A stretch of DNA of 64,000 bases, taken from the NCBI GenBank assembly GCA_050258455.1, contig JBLMYT010000114.1, forward strand, positions 55,995-119,994. Direction: 5' to 3'. The stretch is from Candidatus Omnitrophota bacterium. GTDB lineage: Bacteria; Acidobacteriota; Aminicenantia; UBA2199. How positions within the stretch are numbered: position 1 is the first letter of the stretch; each line of letters opens with the position of its first letter. The notes under the pieces are model-generated. The model was given only the letters and a program-made list of their open reading frames with translations, was not told the origin of the DNA and did no database searches. Shown piece by piece: positions 51,730-63,859 of this stretch. A program made the position numbers and the translations under genes.

Positions 51730-53218
51730 ACAAGGGACGCGGGACGGTTGAACCGGGTCGCACGTTCTGATAAATCCCCTTCATGGCCGGCTCCGAAACA
51801 TCGAGCACGGGACGCGGATAAATCCCTAACCCGAGAAGGAAGATCACGGCTAACGCCAATATCAGGGTTTCACGAGCGGAAAGATCCGAGACATGCATGC
51901 CGGCCGGCGGTACCCCATACACGGCTCGCTGCAACAGACTCAACGAATAAATGGTGGCTACGACCAATCCGATGGCTGCAATGGCAGTCAGGGTGGCACT
52001 GATGGAATAACTGCCGAAAAGGATTAAAAACTCGCCGATAAAGTTTCCGATTCCCGGAAGTCCAAGGGAAGCGAGTGCAAAAAATAAAATGAATGCGGAT
52101 ATGCGCGGAGCCTGGGTCCACATGCCTCCCATATGCGCCAATTCCCGCGTGTTCAACCGTTCCTGCACCTGTCCGGCAATCACAAACAACGCACCGGTAC
52201 TCAATCCGTGACAAATGATCTGCATGACCGCGCCCTGAAACGCGAGAGGATTTAACGCAAATATTCCCAATAACACAAATCCCATGTGACTGATACTGGT
52301 ATACGCTACCAGACGTTTGAAGTCGGTCTGCGCAAAGGCCAAAACGGCGCCGTAAAGGATACCGGCCACACCCAATGCCATGGCAATGGGCGCAAATGCC
52401 TGAGCCGCCCCGGGAAATAACGGTACCACAAATCGCACCATGCCGTACGCACCTGTTTTTAATAACAGCCCGGCAAGAATGACACTTCCCGCTGTGGGCG
52501 CTTCGGTATGGGCATCCGCCAACCAGGTATGCAACGGCACGGCCGGCATCTTTACGGCAAATGCAATAAAAAAACCCAACAACAAAAACATGGCCTGACG
52601 AGGACCCAGTTCCGTGCCTATCAATTGCAGGTAATCAAAGGTCCATATGCCCGTGATCCGCCCATGAATCACTACCAATCCGAGGATCGATAGGAGCATC
52701 AACAAGCCACCGGCCTGGGTAAAGATGAAAAATTTGACGGACGCGTACACGCGCCGTTCATGCCCCCAAAGACTGATCAAAAAATACATGGGAATTAACA
52801 TCAATTCCCAAAAGAAATAGAACAAAAACAAATCCATGGCCATAAAGACGCCGGTAATCCCGGCTAAAATCAGGAGTAAATTGAAATGAAAAAACCCGAC
52901 GCGCCGCTGTATCTCATGCCAGGAACAAAGCACGGAAAAAATTCCCAGAAAAAAGGTCAGCAACAGTAACAACAAACTGAGTCCATCCATGGCGAAATGC
53001 AAGCGAATCCCGAAAATGGGTATCCAGGGCCGATCAAACTCGGCCATCCATCGAGTTCCCCCGTAACGATGCGATAACCAATAACCAAGGGTTAAACCAA
53101 CGTTCAACGTTAAGACGATGAGCGAAATCCAACGCGGACCATTCTTCGAATTATGTCCGAAACCCCACGCCAGAAACGCGCCCACCAGCAAAAATATTAG
53201 CATTAATATGAGTATCAT
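51698..53218 (-). CDS. nuoM: NADH-quinone oxidoreductase subunit M
   Basis: It is an antiporter-like subunit. The start is taken at MILILMLIFLLVG (ATG at 53218), which overlaps the nuoL stop as ATGA. The ORF-track 5' extension is rejected. Confidence 0.85.
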   Translation of the reverse strand: MILILMLIFLLVGAFLAWGFGHNSKNGPRWISLIVLTLNVGLTLGYWLSHRYGGTRWMAEFDRPWIPIFGIRLHFAMDGLSLLLLLLTFFLGIFSVLCSWHEIQRRVGFFHFNLLLILAGITGVFMAMDLFLFYFFWELMLIPMYFLISLWGHERRVYASVKFFIFTQAGGLLMLLSILGLVVIHGRITGIWTFDYLQLIGTELGPRQAMFLLLGFFIAFAVKMPAVPLHTWLADAHTEAPTAGSVILAGLLLKTGAYGMVRFVVPLFPGAAQAFAPIAMALGVAGILYGAVLAFAQTDFKRLVAYTSISHMGFVLLGIFALNPLAFQGAVMQIICHGLSTGALFVIAGQVQERLNTRELAHMGGMWTQAPRISAFILFFALASLGLPGIGNFIGEFLILFGSYSISATLTAIAAIGLVVATIYSLSLLQRAVYGVPPAGMHVSDLSARETLILALAVIFLLGLGIYPRPVLDVSEPAMKGIYQNVRPGSTVPRPLFVGGGFHAGK

Positions 53219-55080
53219 AGGAACACCACCAATGCCACAATCACGATGGCACCCGCGACAATTGCCGCCGCATAAATCCGAACTTTTCCTTCCTGCGTCA
53301 ACCGGAGGACCCGATGCACCCTCACCGTGACCCAACTCACACCATCCACGAACCGATCGATCCCATCGTTTTTATTGATTCCGGACACCCATCGAAAGGG
53401 CCGCACCCAAACCCATTGGTACACGTGATCGATTCCCCATCCTTCCCGAAAGAAACGGGTGATCCACGCTTGCGTTTTTGAAGGAATGGCAACGGGCAGT
53501 TTTCTGTTTTGATAATAAAGTCTGATTGCCCAATAAATTCCAAGAAGAACCACCAGCGCTGAGATCCCTTTCACGTACGTTTCCCCGAAAATGCTGTGGG
53601 CAACGCGAGACACAGTCGGTAATCCATGCTCCAGAAACCGGGGAACGCCCAGTAACCCGCAAATGAGGGTGAAACACGCCAGAATCACGACGGGTATCTT
53701 CATGGCTTGCCCGGTTTCATGGCGAATATCGGAGTTTGCGGGTCCGAAAAACACGAGAAATACCATGCGAAAGGTGTACAGCGCAGTCAGAAACGCCCCC
53801 ATTTCTCCGATAAACCATAACCAGCCATTGGACGATGGAGTGGAAAAGATATCCCAGAGGATGCGATCCTTACTCAGAAAAGCCGAACCGAGAAACGGGA
53901 CTGCCGATAACGCCAGCGCCCCGATCAGAAAGGTGATAAATGCCACCGGTACTTTTTTGAATAATCCCCCCATGTGTCGCATGTCCTGTTCCCCATCGAG
54001 GCTGTGAATGACAAGCCCTGCCGCCAGAAAGAGCAAGGCTTTAAAAAAGGCGTGAGTAAAGAAATGAAAGATGGCCGAAGCCCACGCCCCGACTCCCAGA
54101 GCGAGAAACATGTAACCGATTTGACTGATGGTGGAATACGCCAGCGTGCGTTTGATGTCGGTTTGAACCATGGCGGAAATACCGGCCATAAGCAACGTTA
54201 CCCCTCCGATGACGGCAGTGGCCATTAACACCGCAGGCGCCAGTTCAAACAGGACATGGGTTCGGGCAATGAGGTAAACGCCCGCAGTCACCATGGTGGC
54301 GGCATGAATCAGGGCACTGACGGGTGTCGGGCCTGCCATGGCATCGGGCAACCAGGTTTGCAACGGCAATTGCGCGGATTTTCCGACGGCACCGCCGAGC
54401 AACAGCACCGAGGCCCAGACCACAGGCGCAGCGCCGATCATCCATTTGTGCGGCGCCATGGAAAGGATCTCCTGAATATTCAATGTTTTGGTCGTGTTAA
54501 ACAACAGGAACAATCCCACTGCCATCACGGTATCACCCACACGGGTGATGATAAACGCCTTTTGCCCCGCCAATACATTGTCCGGATTCTTATACCAGAA
54601 TCCGATTAACAGGTAACTGCACAACCCGACGCCTTCCCACCCGAAAAACAGGAGCAAGAGGTTATCGGCTAAGAGTAAGAGGACCATGGATCCGACAAAG
54701 AGATTCATGTACGCAAAAAACCGACTGAACCCGTCGTCATTTTCCATATACCCGACCGAATACCAATGGATGAAAAACCCGACCACGGTCACGATCACGA
54801 CCATCACCAATGACAGCGGATCCAGGACAAAGCCAATGTCTGCGCTCAAACCGCCGGTATTGACAAAGGTGAATACCGATTGGGAAAACCGGTAACCGGG
54901 CGGAGGAGAGGATACAAATGAGGCGGCAACGATCAGGGTGACCAGAGCCGAAAGCGCCACGGAACCGCAGCCAATCCAGGAAACCTGTCTGGACGAACAT
55001 CTTTTTCCGATCAACGCCAAAACGAGAAACCCGAGCAGAGGAAACACCGGAATCCACACCAGCCATCGAAGCATCATCAT
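53215..55080 (-). CDS. nuoL: NADH-quinone oxidoreductase subunit L
   Basis: It is a 621-aa antiporter-like subunit with a long C-terminal extension. Confidence 0.9.
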   Translation of the reverse strand: MMMLRWLVWIPVFPLLGFLVLALIGKRCSSRQVSWIGCGSVALSALVTLIVAASFVSSPPPGYRFSQSVFTFVNTGGLSADIGFVLDPLSLVMVVIVTVVGFFIHWYSVGYMENDDGFSRFFAYMNLFVGSMVLLLLADNLLLLFFGWEGVGLCSYLLIGFWYKNPDNVLAGQKAFIITRVGDTVMAVGLFLLFNTTKTLNIQEILSMAPHKWMIGAAPVVWASVLLLGGAVGKSAQLPLQTWLPDAMAGPTPVSALIHAATMVTAGVYLIARTHVLFELAPAVLMATAVIGGVTLLMAGISAMVQTDIKRTLAYSTISQIGYMFLALGVGAWASAIFHFFTHAFFKALLFLAAGLVIHSLDGEQDMRHMGGLFKKVPVAFITFLIGALALSAVPFLGSAFLSKDRILWDIFSTPSSNGWLWFIGEMGAFLTALYTFRMVFLVFFGPANSDIRHETGQAMKIPVVILACFTLICGLLGVPRFLEHGLPTVSRVAHSIFGETYVKGISALVVLLGIYWAIRLYYQNRKLPVAIPSKTQAWITRFFREGWGIDHVYQWVWVRPFRWVSGINKNDGIDRFVDGVSWVTVRVHRVLRLTQEGKVRIYAAAIVAGAIVIVALVVFL

Positions 55081-55085
55081 CTTCC

Positions 55086-55394
55086 TTACCCCCGCATACT
55101 GGAAAGGACATCGCTGTCCAGGTTTTTAAATTTCCGGTGCACCTGCACGAGCAGACCCAAACCCACGGCTGCTTCGGCGCCGGCAGCGGTCAGGATGAAA
55201 ATAAACATGACCTGGCCGTCGGCCTGTCCCCATCGGGCCGCAGCAGCAATAAAGGCCAGTGCGGACGCGTTAATCATGATTTCCAGAGACATTAATGTAA
55301 ACAAGAGATTGCGGCGCGTCAGTACGCCGGCCACACCGAGAATGAATAACACGGCCGCCAACCCCAAACTATACGCGATCGGAATTCCGTTCAT
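55086..55394 (-). CDS. nuoK: NADH-quinone oxidoreductase subunit K
   Basis: The protein is 102 aa. GLEIMINASALAFIA and GQADGQVMFIFILTAAGAEAAVGL match conserved NuoK/ND4L motifs. Confidence 0.9.
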   Translation of the reverse strand: MNGIPIAYSLGLAAVLFILGVAGVLTRRNLLFTLMSLEIMINASALAFIAAAARWGQADGQVMFIFILTAAGAEAAVGLGLLVQVHRKFKNLDSDVLSSMRG

Positions 55395-55896
55395 CCGGAC
55401 TCTCCTTATGTTTCTTACTCAAATGCAAGGCACCGACCAATGCGGCGAGCAGCAGCACGGACGCGAGTTCCACCCCTAACCCGTACGTTCCGAAAAGAGA
55501 GAGCCCCACCTGCCGGGGATCGATCGCCATTCGTGGATACGTGGCTTCACTGCCTCGCCGGATCACGACAACCAACCATTCCACCAATAGAATGGCACTC
55601 AGAATCGACGGGCCCACCCAGGTTCCCGGCCGTAATAGGAATCGTTCCTGATTGAGGGTTTTGTCACCGGCGTTGAGCATCATGACGGCAAACAGGAACA
55701 GAACCATGATGGCCCCTGCATAGATGATGACTTCCAGCGCGGCTGCCAGATGCGCACCCAGGATGAAAAAAATCGTGGAAACAGCCAGAAGAGAGACCAC
55801 GAGGTACACCAGGGCATGAACCGCCTGCTTGCGCGTGATGGCCAAAAAGGTCGCGCCGATTGCCACCAGAGCAGAGATAAAAAATACGATTATCAT
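55369..55896 (-). CDS. nuoJ: NADH-quinone oxidoreductase subunit J
   Basis: It has 5 TM segments, an ND6-like profile, and sits in the expected operon position. Confidence 0.8.
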   Translation of the reverse strand: MIIVFFISALVAIGATFLAITRKQAVHALVYLVVSLLAVSTIFFILGAHLAAALEVIIYAGAIMVLFLFAVMMLNAGDKTLNQERFLLRPGTWVGPSILSAILLVEWLVVVIRRGSEATYPRMAIDPRQVGLSLFGTYGLGVELASVLLLAALVGALHLSKKHKESPDERNSDRV

Positions 55897-55933
55897 TGCG
55901 TTATCTCCTTATCCTCATCCTCATCCTATCCGT

Positions 55934-56449
55934 TTAAGGAAGCAGATCGCGCACATCGATGGGCGGCGCTTCGTTTTCCGCTTCGCCTTTGTCTTTTCCC
56001 TGGATGCGCTGTCCGGCGACCCGGTAAAAATTATAGTCCGGGTACTTGCCGGTTCCCTGAATGAGGAGGTCTTCTTTTTCATAAACCATATCGCTGCGGC
56101 GGTATTCACTCATTTCAAAATCGGGAATCAGTTGAATCGCATAGGTCGGGCAGGCTTCTTCACACATTCCACAGAAAATACAACGCGAGAAATTGATACG
56201 AAAAAAACCGGGAAACCGTCGCCCATCCGGTGCGGTATCGGCTTGCAGCGCAATGCAATCGACCGGGCATGCGGCTGCACACAGATAACATGCGACGCAG
56301 CGCTCCTGACCTTCGGGATCGCGCGACAGGATGATGCGTCCTCGCCACCGCGGCGGCAACGGGACTTTTTCTTCCGGGTATTGGATGGTGACCCGCTTTC
56401 GAAACATGTGCCGAAACACCAATGCCATTGTTTTCAAAATACTAAACAT
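55934..56449 (-). CDS. nuoI: NADH-quinone oxidoreductase subunit I (2x[4Fe-4S] ferredoxin)
   Basis: The two 4Fe-4S motifs are [16 protein letters not shown] and [12 protein letters not shown]. Confidence 0.9.
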   Translation of the reverse strand: MFSILKTMALVFRHMFRKRVTIQYPEEKVPLPPRWRGRIILSRDPEGQERCVACYLCAAACPVDCIALQADTAPDGRRFPGFFRINFSRCIFCGMCEEACPTYAIQLIPDFEMSEYRRSDMVYEKEDLLIQGTGKYPDYNFYRVAGQRIQGKDKGEAENEAPPIDVRDLLP

Positions 56450-56472
56450 ACCGACCTCTCTCCCCCTACTGT

Positions 56473-57429
56473 TTACTGTTGCGCCATGAGAATCACGGCA
56501 CCGGTAATTAACAGATTAGCCAATGAAATGGGTAACGCTAATTTCCATCCCCATGCCATCAATTGGTCGAAACGGGGACGCGGCAATGACCCGCGCAGCA
56601 AGATAAAGATACAAATAAACACAAGGGTCTTTATCAAAAACCACAGCGCAGGCGGCAGCCAGGGCCCCAGCCATCCTCCGAAAAAGAGCGTGACCATTAA
56701 TGCCGATACCAGGATGATCCCCAGATACTCGCCGACAAAAAACATGCCGAATTTCATTCCCGAATACTCGGAATGAAAACCGGCAACGAGCTCATTTTCA
56801 GCTTCGGGAAGGTCAAACGGCAAACGGCGTGTTTCCGCCAGTCCGGCGATAAAAAATACCACCAATCCGACCACCTGCGGGATACAGAACCACAGGTTCT
56901 GCTGAGCCTCAACAATCGTTACCAGATTGAAACTTCCGGCTTGCATGACCACACCCATGAGCGACAGTCCCATGAACACTTCATAGCTGATCATCTGGGC
57001 GGCACCGCGAAGTCCGCCCAATAGAGAGTACTTGTTGTTGGACGACCATCCGGCAAGAACAATGCTGTACACGCCGAGCGACGACATGGCTAAAACGAAC
57101 AACAATCCGATGTCGAGTTGAGCCACCACGATTTGCCGGGTAAAGGGAATCACGGCCGCACTCAGCAACACGGTGATCATGATCACGGCCGGTGCCAACA
57201 CAAATACCGCTTTGTCGGCAAAAGGCGGGATCCAGTCTTCTTTGGTAAAGATTTTGATGACATCGGCGAGCACTTGCAATAAACCGAACGGACCTGCCCG
57301 GTTGGGACCATAGCGGTCCTGCCACAATGCCAGGAGACGGCGTTCCAGCCAGATCAGGCCGGCAGCCACAGTTAACATGGCAGCCAGCACGACCACGATG
57401 ATCAGAAAGAAATACACGGTTTCATTCAT
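56473..57429 (-). CDS. nuoH: NADH-quinone oxidoreductase subunit H
   Basis: The start is taken at [13 protein letters not shown] (57429), overlapping the nuoG stop by 8 nt. It has an ND1-like 8-TM profile. The ORF-track 5' extension is rejected. Confidence 0.85.
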   Translation of the reverse strand: MNETVYFFLIIVVVLAAMLTVAAGLIWLERRLLALWQDRYGPNRAGPFGLLQVLADVIKIFTKEDWIPPFADKAVFVLAPAVIMITVLLSAAVIPFTRQIVVAQLDIGLLFVLAMSSLGVYSIVLAGWSSNNKYSLLGGLRGAAQMISYEVFMGLSLMGVVMQAGSFNLVTIVEAQQNLWFCIPQVVGLVVFFIAGLAETRRLPFDLPEAENELVAGFHSEYSGMKFGMFFVGEYLGIILVSALMVTLFFGGWLGPWLPPALWFLIKTLVFICIFILLRGSLPRPRFDQLMAWGWKLALPISLANLLITGAVILMAQQ

Positions 57430-60298
57430 GGGATGTCCATTCTTTATTTTCTCGGTTCTCGCCGTTGACAAAGATGCGGCCCCATGCGGGACACAGGCGA
57501 CCGGCGATGTTGTTAAACGGTCCCACGGGAATACCCACGGTTCCTTCGGGAAGAGACGGAATGGATTTGACCCGAAACCTGGCGATCTCTCCGCCCAGTG
57601 CCGCACTCACCCATTCGCCCTCGCGAACGCCGAGCGTGTCCATGGTTGGTTGATTCATTCCCACATACGGGACTTCAATCAATGTGGCAATCGGCGGACT
57701 CAATCGGCTGAGGGGTTCGGAACCAAAAATATGGTGCATTGGTAAAAACATCCATCGGTCTTCTTCCGGGGTAAACAGCGGCGCAATGTATTCCCAGTAT
57801 TCCACGGCAAGGGAGGGTTCGAGCGGAAGCAACTGAATCCCGGGATGGAAATGCTCCAGCGGTCCCCCGACTTCCTGCTGAAATTTATTTAACGCCTGAA
57901 CCGAGTTCCACTCGGGCCACCAGTAGCGGGGGATCAGGCCTGCGGGAATATTTCCTTCATGGGCGTCCGCGCCTTCCATTGAAAACACAAACGGGGAATC
58001 CGGATCTTCCGGCGGCTTTTCGTCAAAAACAGAGATATGGGCGTTCATTGCCGTGCGTCCGCTGTAACCCGGGGATTGCCGGGCAATCTTTTGATCCAGG
58101 ATTCGCCCATCCTTTTCCCCCCCGCTTGAATAACCCAAACCCAAATTACTAAAACCTAAAAAATCAAACGCTTTTGAAAGGGGTTGCACCCCTGTCGATC
58201 CGGAAGCCTTTTCTCGAAAAGAGTTTTGGCGGTCGGAGACAATGGCGGTTCGGATATCATCCAGATTCTCCCAGCTCAATTCTCCGGGCGTTTCGAATAA
58301 CTTATCCATATCCAGCAGCCATTTCCAGCTTTCTTTCACCGGAGGTAAGGGCTCCAATACTTTAAAGAAAGGCTGGGCTCGGCCTTCGTTATTAATATAA
58401 ATTCCTTCGCCTTCGGTAAATGGGGATACCGGCAAAAGCAGCGTGCTCTTTTCGGCGGTTCGGGTGTAGGTATGATCCAGGACGATTCGGTGTTTAAATT
58501 GATCCATGAACCGGGAAAACAACTGGGGGTGAATGATTTTTGCCAGATCGGTTTCAAGGATGATCACCGTATCGATTCCCCCTTCTTCCATCTTTTTCAA
58601 TGCATTGTTCAAACCGGACGGTCCCAACAATGAAAGCCCGAGGCTGTTGCATTCGGGAACGACAAAACACCATTTGACGTTCGGGTTCGTGTCATAGAGG
58701 GCCAATGCAATATTGGCGGCCGCTTGAATGACGGTTTCCGAGCCGCACCCGGTCCCGGAAACGATCAAGGGTTGCCGGGCATTGTCCAGTTCGCGGGCAA
58801 TTTCTTCGACCAATCGCTGCATGTCTTCCGAAAGATCGTTGCTTTCGGCCAGGTCCGAATTGAGTTCATGAGCAATGGCCATGGCGATGCGCCCAATATT
58901 TCCGGGTGCCATATACCGACACGTCCGGGCAATATCATCCAGTCGGGTGGCAGTCATGGTAAAACTATACAGCGGTCCGTTCTGGTTTTGACTGACTTCG
59001 CGCACACCGGCATCGTTCCAGTACTCGACGCCGTGTTTGTCTGCCAGGGTAATCGCCTCATTGCGCACGGCCTGACGCAGAGACAACGCCAACATCGGCG
59101 CGGTCTGAGTCACATCTTCGCCCAGGATCAAGACCACATCGGACTTGGCAACGCCGGCAAGCGACGCAGGGCTTACCGGTCCTTTTCGAAGAATATCCCG
59201 AATCAAGGTAATCAGGGAAAAGTGCTGATCCGAAAGACCGGCATAAAAATGCGCTTCCCCGACCAATGCCCGAAGCACCATGTTGGCTTCCATGGACGCG
59301 CGGGGCGAACCGATCCCCATGATCTTGCCAACCTGAGGCGCCAGCCTCTTAAAATAGTCCATCGCGGCTTCGGGACTCACCGGTGTTTTGCCTTCCCCAT
59401 TCATTTTCATTCCATTGCGCCGAATATGACGAATCCGCAATTTACTATTGACAAATCCATAGCCGAACCGTCCGCGGTCACATAAAAAATACCCATTCAC
59501 ATCCGGGTGGTACCGGTTATAGACGCGGCGAACGTCCCCGTAACGTGCCGCAGGAATCGTATTGCATCCCAATCCGCACAGCGGGCAAACGGATGGCGCG
59601 GTTTGCCAGTCCCATTTGCGGGTATAGGTTTTATTCAACGTCTTATCGGTGAATACCCCGGTGGGGCAAATCTCGATGAGGTTTCCACTGAATTCGCTTT
59701 CCAGTTTTCCTTCCGTGAAACGGCCGAAATACACCCGGTCATGCACGCCGAATACATCCAGATCTCGCCCCCCGGCATAGTTTCGGTAATACCGCACACA
59801 CCGGTAACATTGAATACAGCGGTTCATCTCATGATCGATGAACGGCCCCAGGTCCTGATCGCGGTAGGTTCGTTTGTTGAAATGGGTTCGGCGAATGGTG
59901 TGACCGGTCATGACGGTCATATCCTGAAGGTGGCATTCGCCTCCCTCATCGCAAACCGGGCAATCGTGGGGATGATTCACCATCAGCCATTCGATGACCG
60001 AAGCGCGAAACGCGCGGGCTTCCGGATCTGAAATCGAAATCCGCATGTTTTCGGTAACCGCGGTCATACACGCCATGATAATCTTTCCTTTTTTATCTGT
60101 TTCATCTTTAAATTGCTTGACCGCACACTGACGGCAGGCACCGACGGAATGCAACGCCGGATGCCAACAAAAATAGGGCAAATCGAATTTTAATGATAAA
60201 CAGACCTGAAGAAGGTTCTGCCCGCTCTTGACCGTATAGGGTTTATTTTCGATGAATAGGGTCAATGTTTTGGCTTCGTTTTGGGATTCGTCGGTCAT
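57422..60298 (-). CDS. nuoG: NADH-quinone oxidoreductase subunit G (75-kDa Fe-S/molybdopterin-fold subunit)
   Basis: The start is taken at [21 protein letters not shown] (60298), overlapping nuoF as ATGA. It carries 2Fe-2S and 4Fe-4S Cys clusters ([27 protein letters not shown]) and a C-terminal molybdopterin-oxidoreductase-like domain. Confidence 0.9.
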   Translation of the reverse strand: MTDESQNEAKTLTLFIENKPYTVKSGQNLLQVCLSLKFDLPYFCWHPALHSVGACRQCAVKQFKDETDKKGKIIMACMTAVTENMRISISDPEARAFRASVIEWLMVNHPHDCPVCDEGGECHLQDMTVMTGHTIRRTHFNKRTYRDQDLGPFIDHEMNRCIQCYRCVRYYRNYAGGRDLDVFGVHDRVYFGRFTEGKLESEFSGNLIEICPTGVFTDKTLNKTYTRKWDWQTAPSVCPLCGLGCNTIPAARYGDVRRVYNRYHPDVNGYFLCDRGRFGYGFVNSKLRIRHIRRNGMKMNGEGKTPVSPEAAMDYFKRLAPQVGKIMGIGSPRASMEANMVLRALVGEAHFYAGLSDQHFSLITLIRDILRKGPVSPASLAGVAKSDVVLILGEDVTQTAPMLALSLRQAVRNEAITLADKHGVEYWNDAGVREVSQNQNGPLYSFTMTATRLDDIARTCRYMAPGNIGRIAMAIAHELNSDLAESNDLSEDMQRLVEEIARELDNARQPLIVSGTGCGSETVIQAAANIALALYDTNPNVKWCFVVPECNSLGLSLLGPSGLNNALKKMEEGGIDTVIILETDLAKIIHPQLFSRFMDQFKHRIVLDHTYTRTAEKSTLLLPVSPFTEGEGIYINNEGRAQPFFKVLEPLPPVKESWKWLLDMDKLFETPGELSWENLDDIRTAIVSDRQNSFREKASGSTGVQPLSKAFDFLGFSNLGLGYSSGGEKDGRILDQKIARQSPGYSGRTAMNAHISVFDEKPPEDPDSPFVFSMEGADAHEGNIPAGLIPRYWWPEWNSVQALNKFQQEVGGPLEHFHPGIQLLPLEPSLAVEYWEYIAPLFTPEEDRWMFLPMHHIFGSEPLSRLSPPIATLIEVPYVGMNQPTMDTLGVREGEWVSAALGGEIARFRVKSIPSLPEGTVGIPVGPFNNIAGRLCPAWGRIFVNGENRENKEWTSHE

Positions 60299-61587
60299 TC
60301 GTGTCTCCACGGGCAGCGTTGATCCTTGATATGCTGCTGAAAATCGTCCATAAAATAATCCAGGGCGCTTTGCAAGGGTTCCATGGCCCCGGGCGCCAAC
60401 ATGCAAAACGTTCGTCCCGGTCCCAGCATTCGGGTTTGTTCCCGCAAGATGTCGAGGTCTTCCATGGTTCCGGTTCCGGCTTCGATACTTTCCAATATGT
60501 TCACGATCCAGGGTAAACCCTCGCGGCACGGGGTGCACCATCCGCAGGATTCGCGGGCAAAAAAGCGTTCCAGTTGCAACACAAATGCCACCGGGCAGGT
60601 TCGGTCATCGAGAACGATCATGGTTCCCGTGCCCAACCGACTTCCGGTTTTGGGCATGGAATCAAAATCCATGGGCGTATCCAGATGTTTGTCCAACACA
60701 AACTCAGTGGATGCACCGCCCGGAATAATTCCCCGCATGCGGAAGCCCTCTTTCATTCCTCCGGCGCGGTCTTCAAAAATTTCCCGAATGGTCACGCCAA
60801 GCGGCAGTTCCCACAACCCGGGACGGTTGACCCGACCGCTCACTCCGTATAATTTGGACCCGCCTTCGTTGCTGCGGCTGATGTTTTTAAACCAATCCAC
60901 GCCATTGTTGATAATATGAGGCACATTGCAAATGGTTTCCACGTTGTTGACAATCGTGGGTTTACCGAAAAGCCCGCAAAACTGCGGATACGGCGGTTTG
61001 GGTCGGGGAACGGCGCGTTTTCCCTGAAGCGCGTTGAGAAGCCCGGTTTCTTCGCCGCACATGTAACGCCCGGCACTGACGTGCAGGTAAATGTCGAGGT
61101 CAAAACCGGAACCGAGAATATTTTTTCCGATGTATCCCGCATGGTACGCTTCGGCCAGGGCGTTTCGAAGTCGGTCTTCGGCGGTATAATAACCGGCCCG
61201 AAGAAAAATATACGCAATCTCTGCCCCAATCGCAAACGACGATAGGATGATGCCTTCGATCAACTGGTGGGGATCGCCTTCCATTAACCACCGGTCTTTG
61301 AAGGTTCCGGGTTCCATTTCATCGGCATTCACGATGAAATATTTGGGACGGGGAGCATTCTCGTCCATGGGCATAATTTTCCATTTTTTACCCGTACTGA
61401 AACCGGCGCCGCCGCGTCCGCGCAACCCCGATTGGAGCACCCACGTCGTGATGTCTTCGGGTTTCATCTTGAGACCGCGTGTCAACGACCGGTAACCGCC
61501 GGCGTTCGTGTATTCCTGAAGACTCAACGGCTTGCGGCCTTTTGTGATGTGTTGTCCCAGGGGAAGCGTCGGGTATGCGTTCGGCAT
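60295..61587 (-). CDS. nuoF: NADH-quinone oxidoreductase subunit F (51 kDa, FMN/NADH-binding)
   Basis: The NADH/FMN glycine-rich motifs are GRGGAGFSTGKKW and GEETGLLNALQGKR. The 4Fe-4S motif is CGWCTPCREG. Confidence 0.9.
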   Translation of the reverse strand: MPNAYPTLPLGQHITKGRKPLSLQEYTNAGGYRSLTRGLKMKPEDITTWVLQSGLRGRGGAGFSTGKKWKIMPMDENAPRPKYFIVNADEMEPGTFKDRWLMEGDPHQLIEGIILSSFAIGAEIAYIFLRAGYYTAEDRLRNALAEAYHAGYIGKNILGSGFDLDIYLHVSAGRYMCGEETGLLNALQGKRAVPRPKPPYPQFCGLFGKPTIVNNVETICNVPHIINNGVDWFKNISRSNEGGSKLYGVSGRVNRPGLWELPLGVTIREIFEDRAGGMKEGFRMRGIIPGGASTEFVLDKHLDTPMDFDSMPKTGSRLGTGTMIVLDDRTCPVAFVLQLERFFARESCGWCTPCREGLPWIVNILESIEAGTGTMEDLDILREQTRMLGPGRTFCMLAPGAMEPLQSALDYFMDDFQQHIKDQRCPWRHE

Positions 61588-61595
61588 TTTCGCTT

Positions 61596-62075
61596 CTATC
61601 CCCTATTCAACCCCTGCACGTCGTTTAGGATCTCATCGATTCGTTCAACGGTTAAATCGGTGTGCAGGGTTTGATCGATCATCATGACCGGTGCTTTCTC
61701 ACAAACGCCGAGACACGCCGTGGGCAACAGGGTAAACATGCCGTCGGCTGTGGTCTGCCCGGGCGTAATCTCCAATTTTCGACATAAATAATCGAGCAGG
61801 GTTTCGCTACCCAAAATCCAACAGGAAATACTGTCGCAAACCAGAATGATGTGTTTTCCCACGGGTTTGCGAAAGATGAGGTTATAGAATGTGGCGATGT
61901 TCTCGACTTCTGCGGGATCCAGTCCCAGGTAGTCGCCAATATCGTGAATCGCTTCATCGGAAATCCATCCCCGATGCCGTTGAACGATTTTCAGGGCTTC
62001 GATGCCGACAGCCTGCTTGTTCTGGTAATATGTCACTTCTTGTTCAATTTCGTTGATTTCGATTTTTTGTAACAT
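61596..62075 (-). CDS. nuoE: NADH-quinone oxidoreductase subunit E (24 kDa, 2Fe-2S)
   Basis: The thioredoxin-like 2Fe-2S cysteines are CDSISC....CLGVCEKAP. Confidence 0.85.
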   Translation of the reverse strand: MLQKIEINEIEQEVTYYQNKQAVGIEALKIVQRHRGWISDEAIHDIGDYLGLDPAEVENIATFYNLIFRKPVGKHIILVCDSISCWILGSETLLDYLCRKLEITPGQTTADGMFTLLPTACLGVCEKAPVMMIDQTLHTDLTVERIDEILNDVQGLNRG

Positions 62076-62082
62076 GGTCCAC

Positions 62083-63852
62083 TCACCGGTCTACATCGCC
62101 TAAAACAAAATCGATGCTTCCGAGTATGGCAATCAGGTCCGCCACCATTAATCCGCGGCTGATCAGCGGGACGGTTTGCAGATGGGCAAAGGACGGGGTA
62201 CGCACCCGCAACCGGTAAGCGCTCACGTTGTGATCGCTTATGAGATAATACCCGTTGCTGCCTTTGGTGGCTTCAATGGCCACAAACGATTCCCCGGCCG
62301 GAAGAACCGGCCCCCAGCTCACACCGAGAAAATGGGTAATCAGGGTTTCAATATCGTGCATGGTGCGTTCCTTTAACGGCGGTGTGGTTAGCGGATGATC
62401 GGACTTGTGCTTTCCCGGCGGCATATTCTCCAGGCATTGGGTGATAATGCGTAGACTTTGGCGCATTTCTTCGACTCGAACCCGGCCCCGATCGTAGCAG
62501 TCCCCATTTTTCCCGATGGGAATCTCAAACTCGAAATGCTCATAACCGGAATACGGCCGTTTCTTTCGCCAATCCCAGTTGAACCCACAGGCCCGCAGGT
62601 TCGGACCGGTCACCCCCCACTCGATCGCCTCTTTGACCGAGTATGCACCGATCCCAACCGTACGGGCTTTTACAATGCGATTTTCCATCATCATGCCATC
62701 GTACTCCTTTAAGCGGCCGGGAAAATAATCGATAAATTCTTTCACCAGTTTGTCCCAGCCGTGGGGCAAATCATTGGTGACGCCGCCGATGCGAAACCAG
62801 CCGGGATGCAGGCGGGCTCCGGTAACGGCTTCAACGATTTTTAAGATGCGTTCGCGGTCGCTGAACATATAAAATACCGGAGACAGCGCCCCCATGTCCT
62901 GGAGAAAGGTTCCGTACCAGACCAGATGACTGGAGAGGCGGAATAATTCGGCCATCATGATGCGGATGGTTTTGACCCGGTCGGGCACCTCGATTCCCGC
63001 GAGTTGTTCGACTGCCAGCACGTAAGGAAAATTGTTCATCACACCGCCGAGGTAATCGATGCGGTCGGTATAAGGAATATACGAATGCCAGGTCTGGCGT
63101 TCCCCCATCTTTTCAGCGGCCCGGTGATGGTAACCGATATCCATGACCGCGTCGCGAATCTTTTCGCCGGACAGTTGTAAAATAATGCGCATCGGTCCAT
63201 GGGTTCCCGGATGCTGCGGACCGAAGTTCAAAAACAGGTAATCCGTATCGTCGTCGCTCTCTTTCATCCCGAACGCTTCCGGGTTTACTTTCAAACGATC
63301 CTGTTCGGCTTCTTCGCGTTCATCCGGAAGAAGAAACGGCCCCATTTCCGTGGCCCGGCACGGATGTTCCTTTCGCAAGGGGTGGCCTTTCCAGGAAGAG
63401 GGAAGCAGAATACGGCGTAAATCCGGATGGTTGGAAATGTGAATCCCGAACATGTCCCAGATTTCTCGTTCGTACCAGTTGGCCGACGGATAGATCCCGG
63501 TTATGGTGGGCAATTGGGGCGCTTCGCCCTGAAGCGGTACCTTGAGACGGATATCCTGGTTTCGCTCATAGGAAAGCAAATGATACACGCCGGTAAAATC
63601 CGAAGCCGGTTGACCCTCGCGGTCCTTTCGTTTGCGTTCATCGATGGCAGTCAGATCGTACAACGTTGAAAACGGTTGATCGATTTGACCTTTCAAATAG
63701 TTTAACATATCGATGAGTCTATTTTCGGAAACCCAAAGCGTCGGGATTTGATCCTGCGTGTCCTGAATCGTCAGGATATCTTTTCCGAAAACCTGGCGAA
63801 GGTCCTGCACCAGTTGCGAGGCATGGGATTGGACGTGATCTTGGGTGTTCAT
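62083..63852 (-). CDS. nuoCD: Fused NADH-quinone oxidoreductase subunit C/D
   Basis: A single 589-aa ORF carries an N-terminal 30-kDa (NuoC) region and a C-terminal 49-kDa (NuoD) region with [13 protein letters not shown] and the conserved C-terminal RxPxFxxL region. The RBS is GAGGAAA. Confidence 0.9.
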   Translation of the reverse strand: MNTQDHVQSHASQLVQDLRQVFGKDILTIQDTQDQIPTLWVSENRLIDMLNYLKGQIDQPFSTLYDLTAIDERKRKDREGQPASDFTGVYHLLSYERNQDIRLKVPLQGEAPQLPTITGIYPSANWYEREIWDMFGIHISNHPDLRRILLPSSWKGHPLRKEHPCRATEMGPFLLPDEREEAEQDRLKVNPEAFGMKESDDDTDYLFLNFGPQHPGTHGPMRIILQLSGEKIRDAVMDIGYHHRAAEKMGERQTWHSYIPYTDRIDYLGGVMNNFPYVLAVEQLAGIEVPDRVKTIRIMMAELFRLSSHLVWYGTFLQDMGALSPVFYMFSDRERILKIVEAVTGARLHPGWFRIGGVTNDLPHGWDKLVKEFIDYFPGRLKEYDGMMMENRIVKARTVGIGAYSVKEAIEWGVTGPNLRACGFNWDWRKKRPYSGYEHFEFEIPIGKNGDCYDRGRVRVEEMRQSLRIITQCLENMPPGKHKSDHPLTTPPLKERTMHDIETLITHFLGVSWGPVLPAGESFVAIEATKGSNGYYLISDHNVSAYRLRVRTPSFAHLQTVPLISRGLMVADLIAILGSIDFVLGDVDR

Positions 63853-63859
63853 CGTTTCC

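Noticed and set aside
53219-53335. 5' extensions of the ORF-track nuoM (to 53335), nuoH (to 57606) and nuoG (to 60541) ORFs
   Set aside because: The extensions run into the upstream nuo gene and encode Gly/Arg/His-rich non-membrane peptides. Internal Met starts give canonical N-termini and ATGA-type coupled overlaps.
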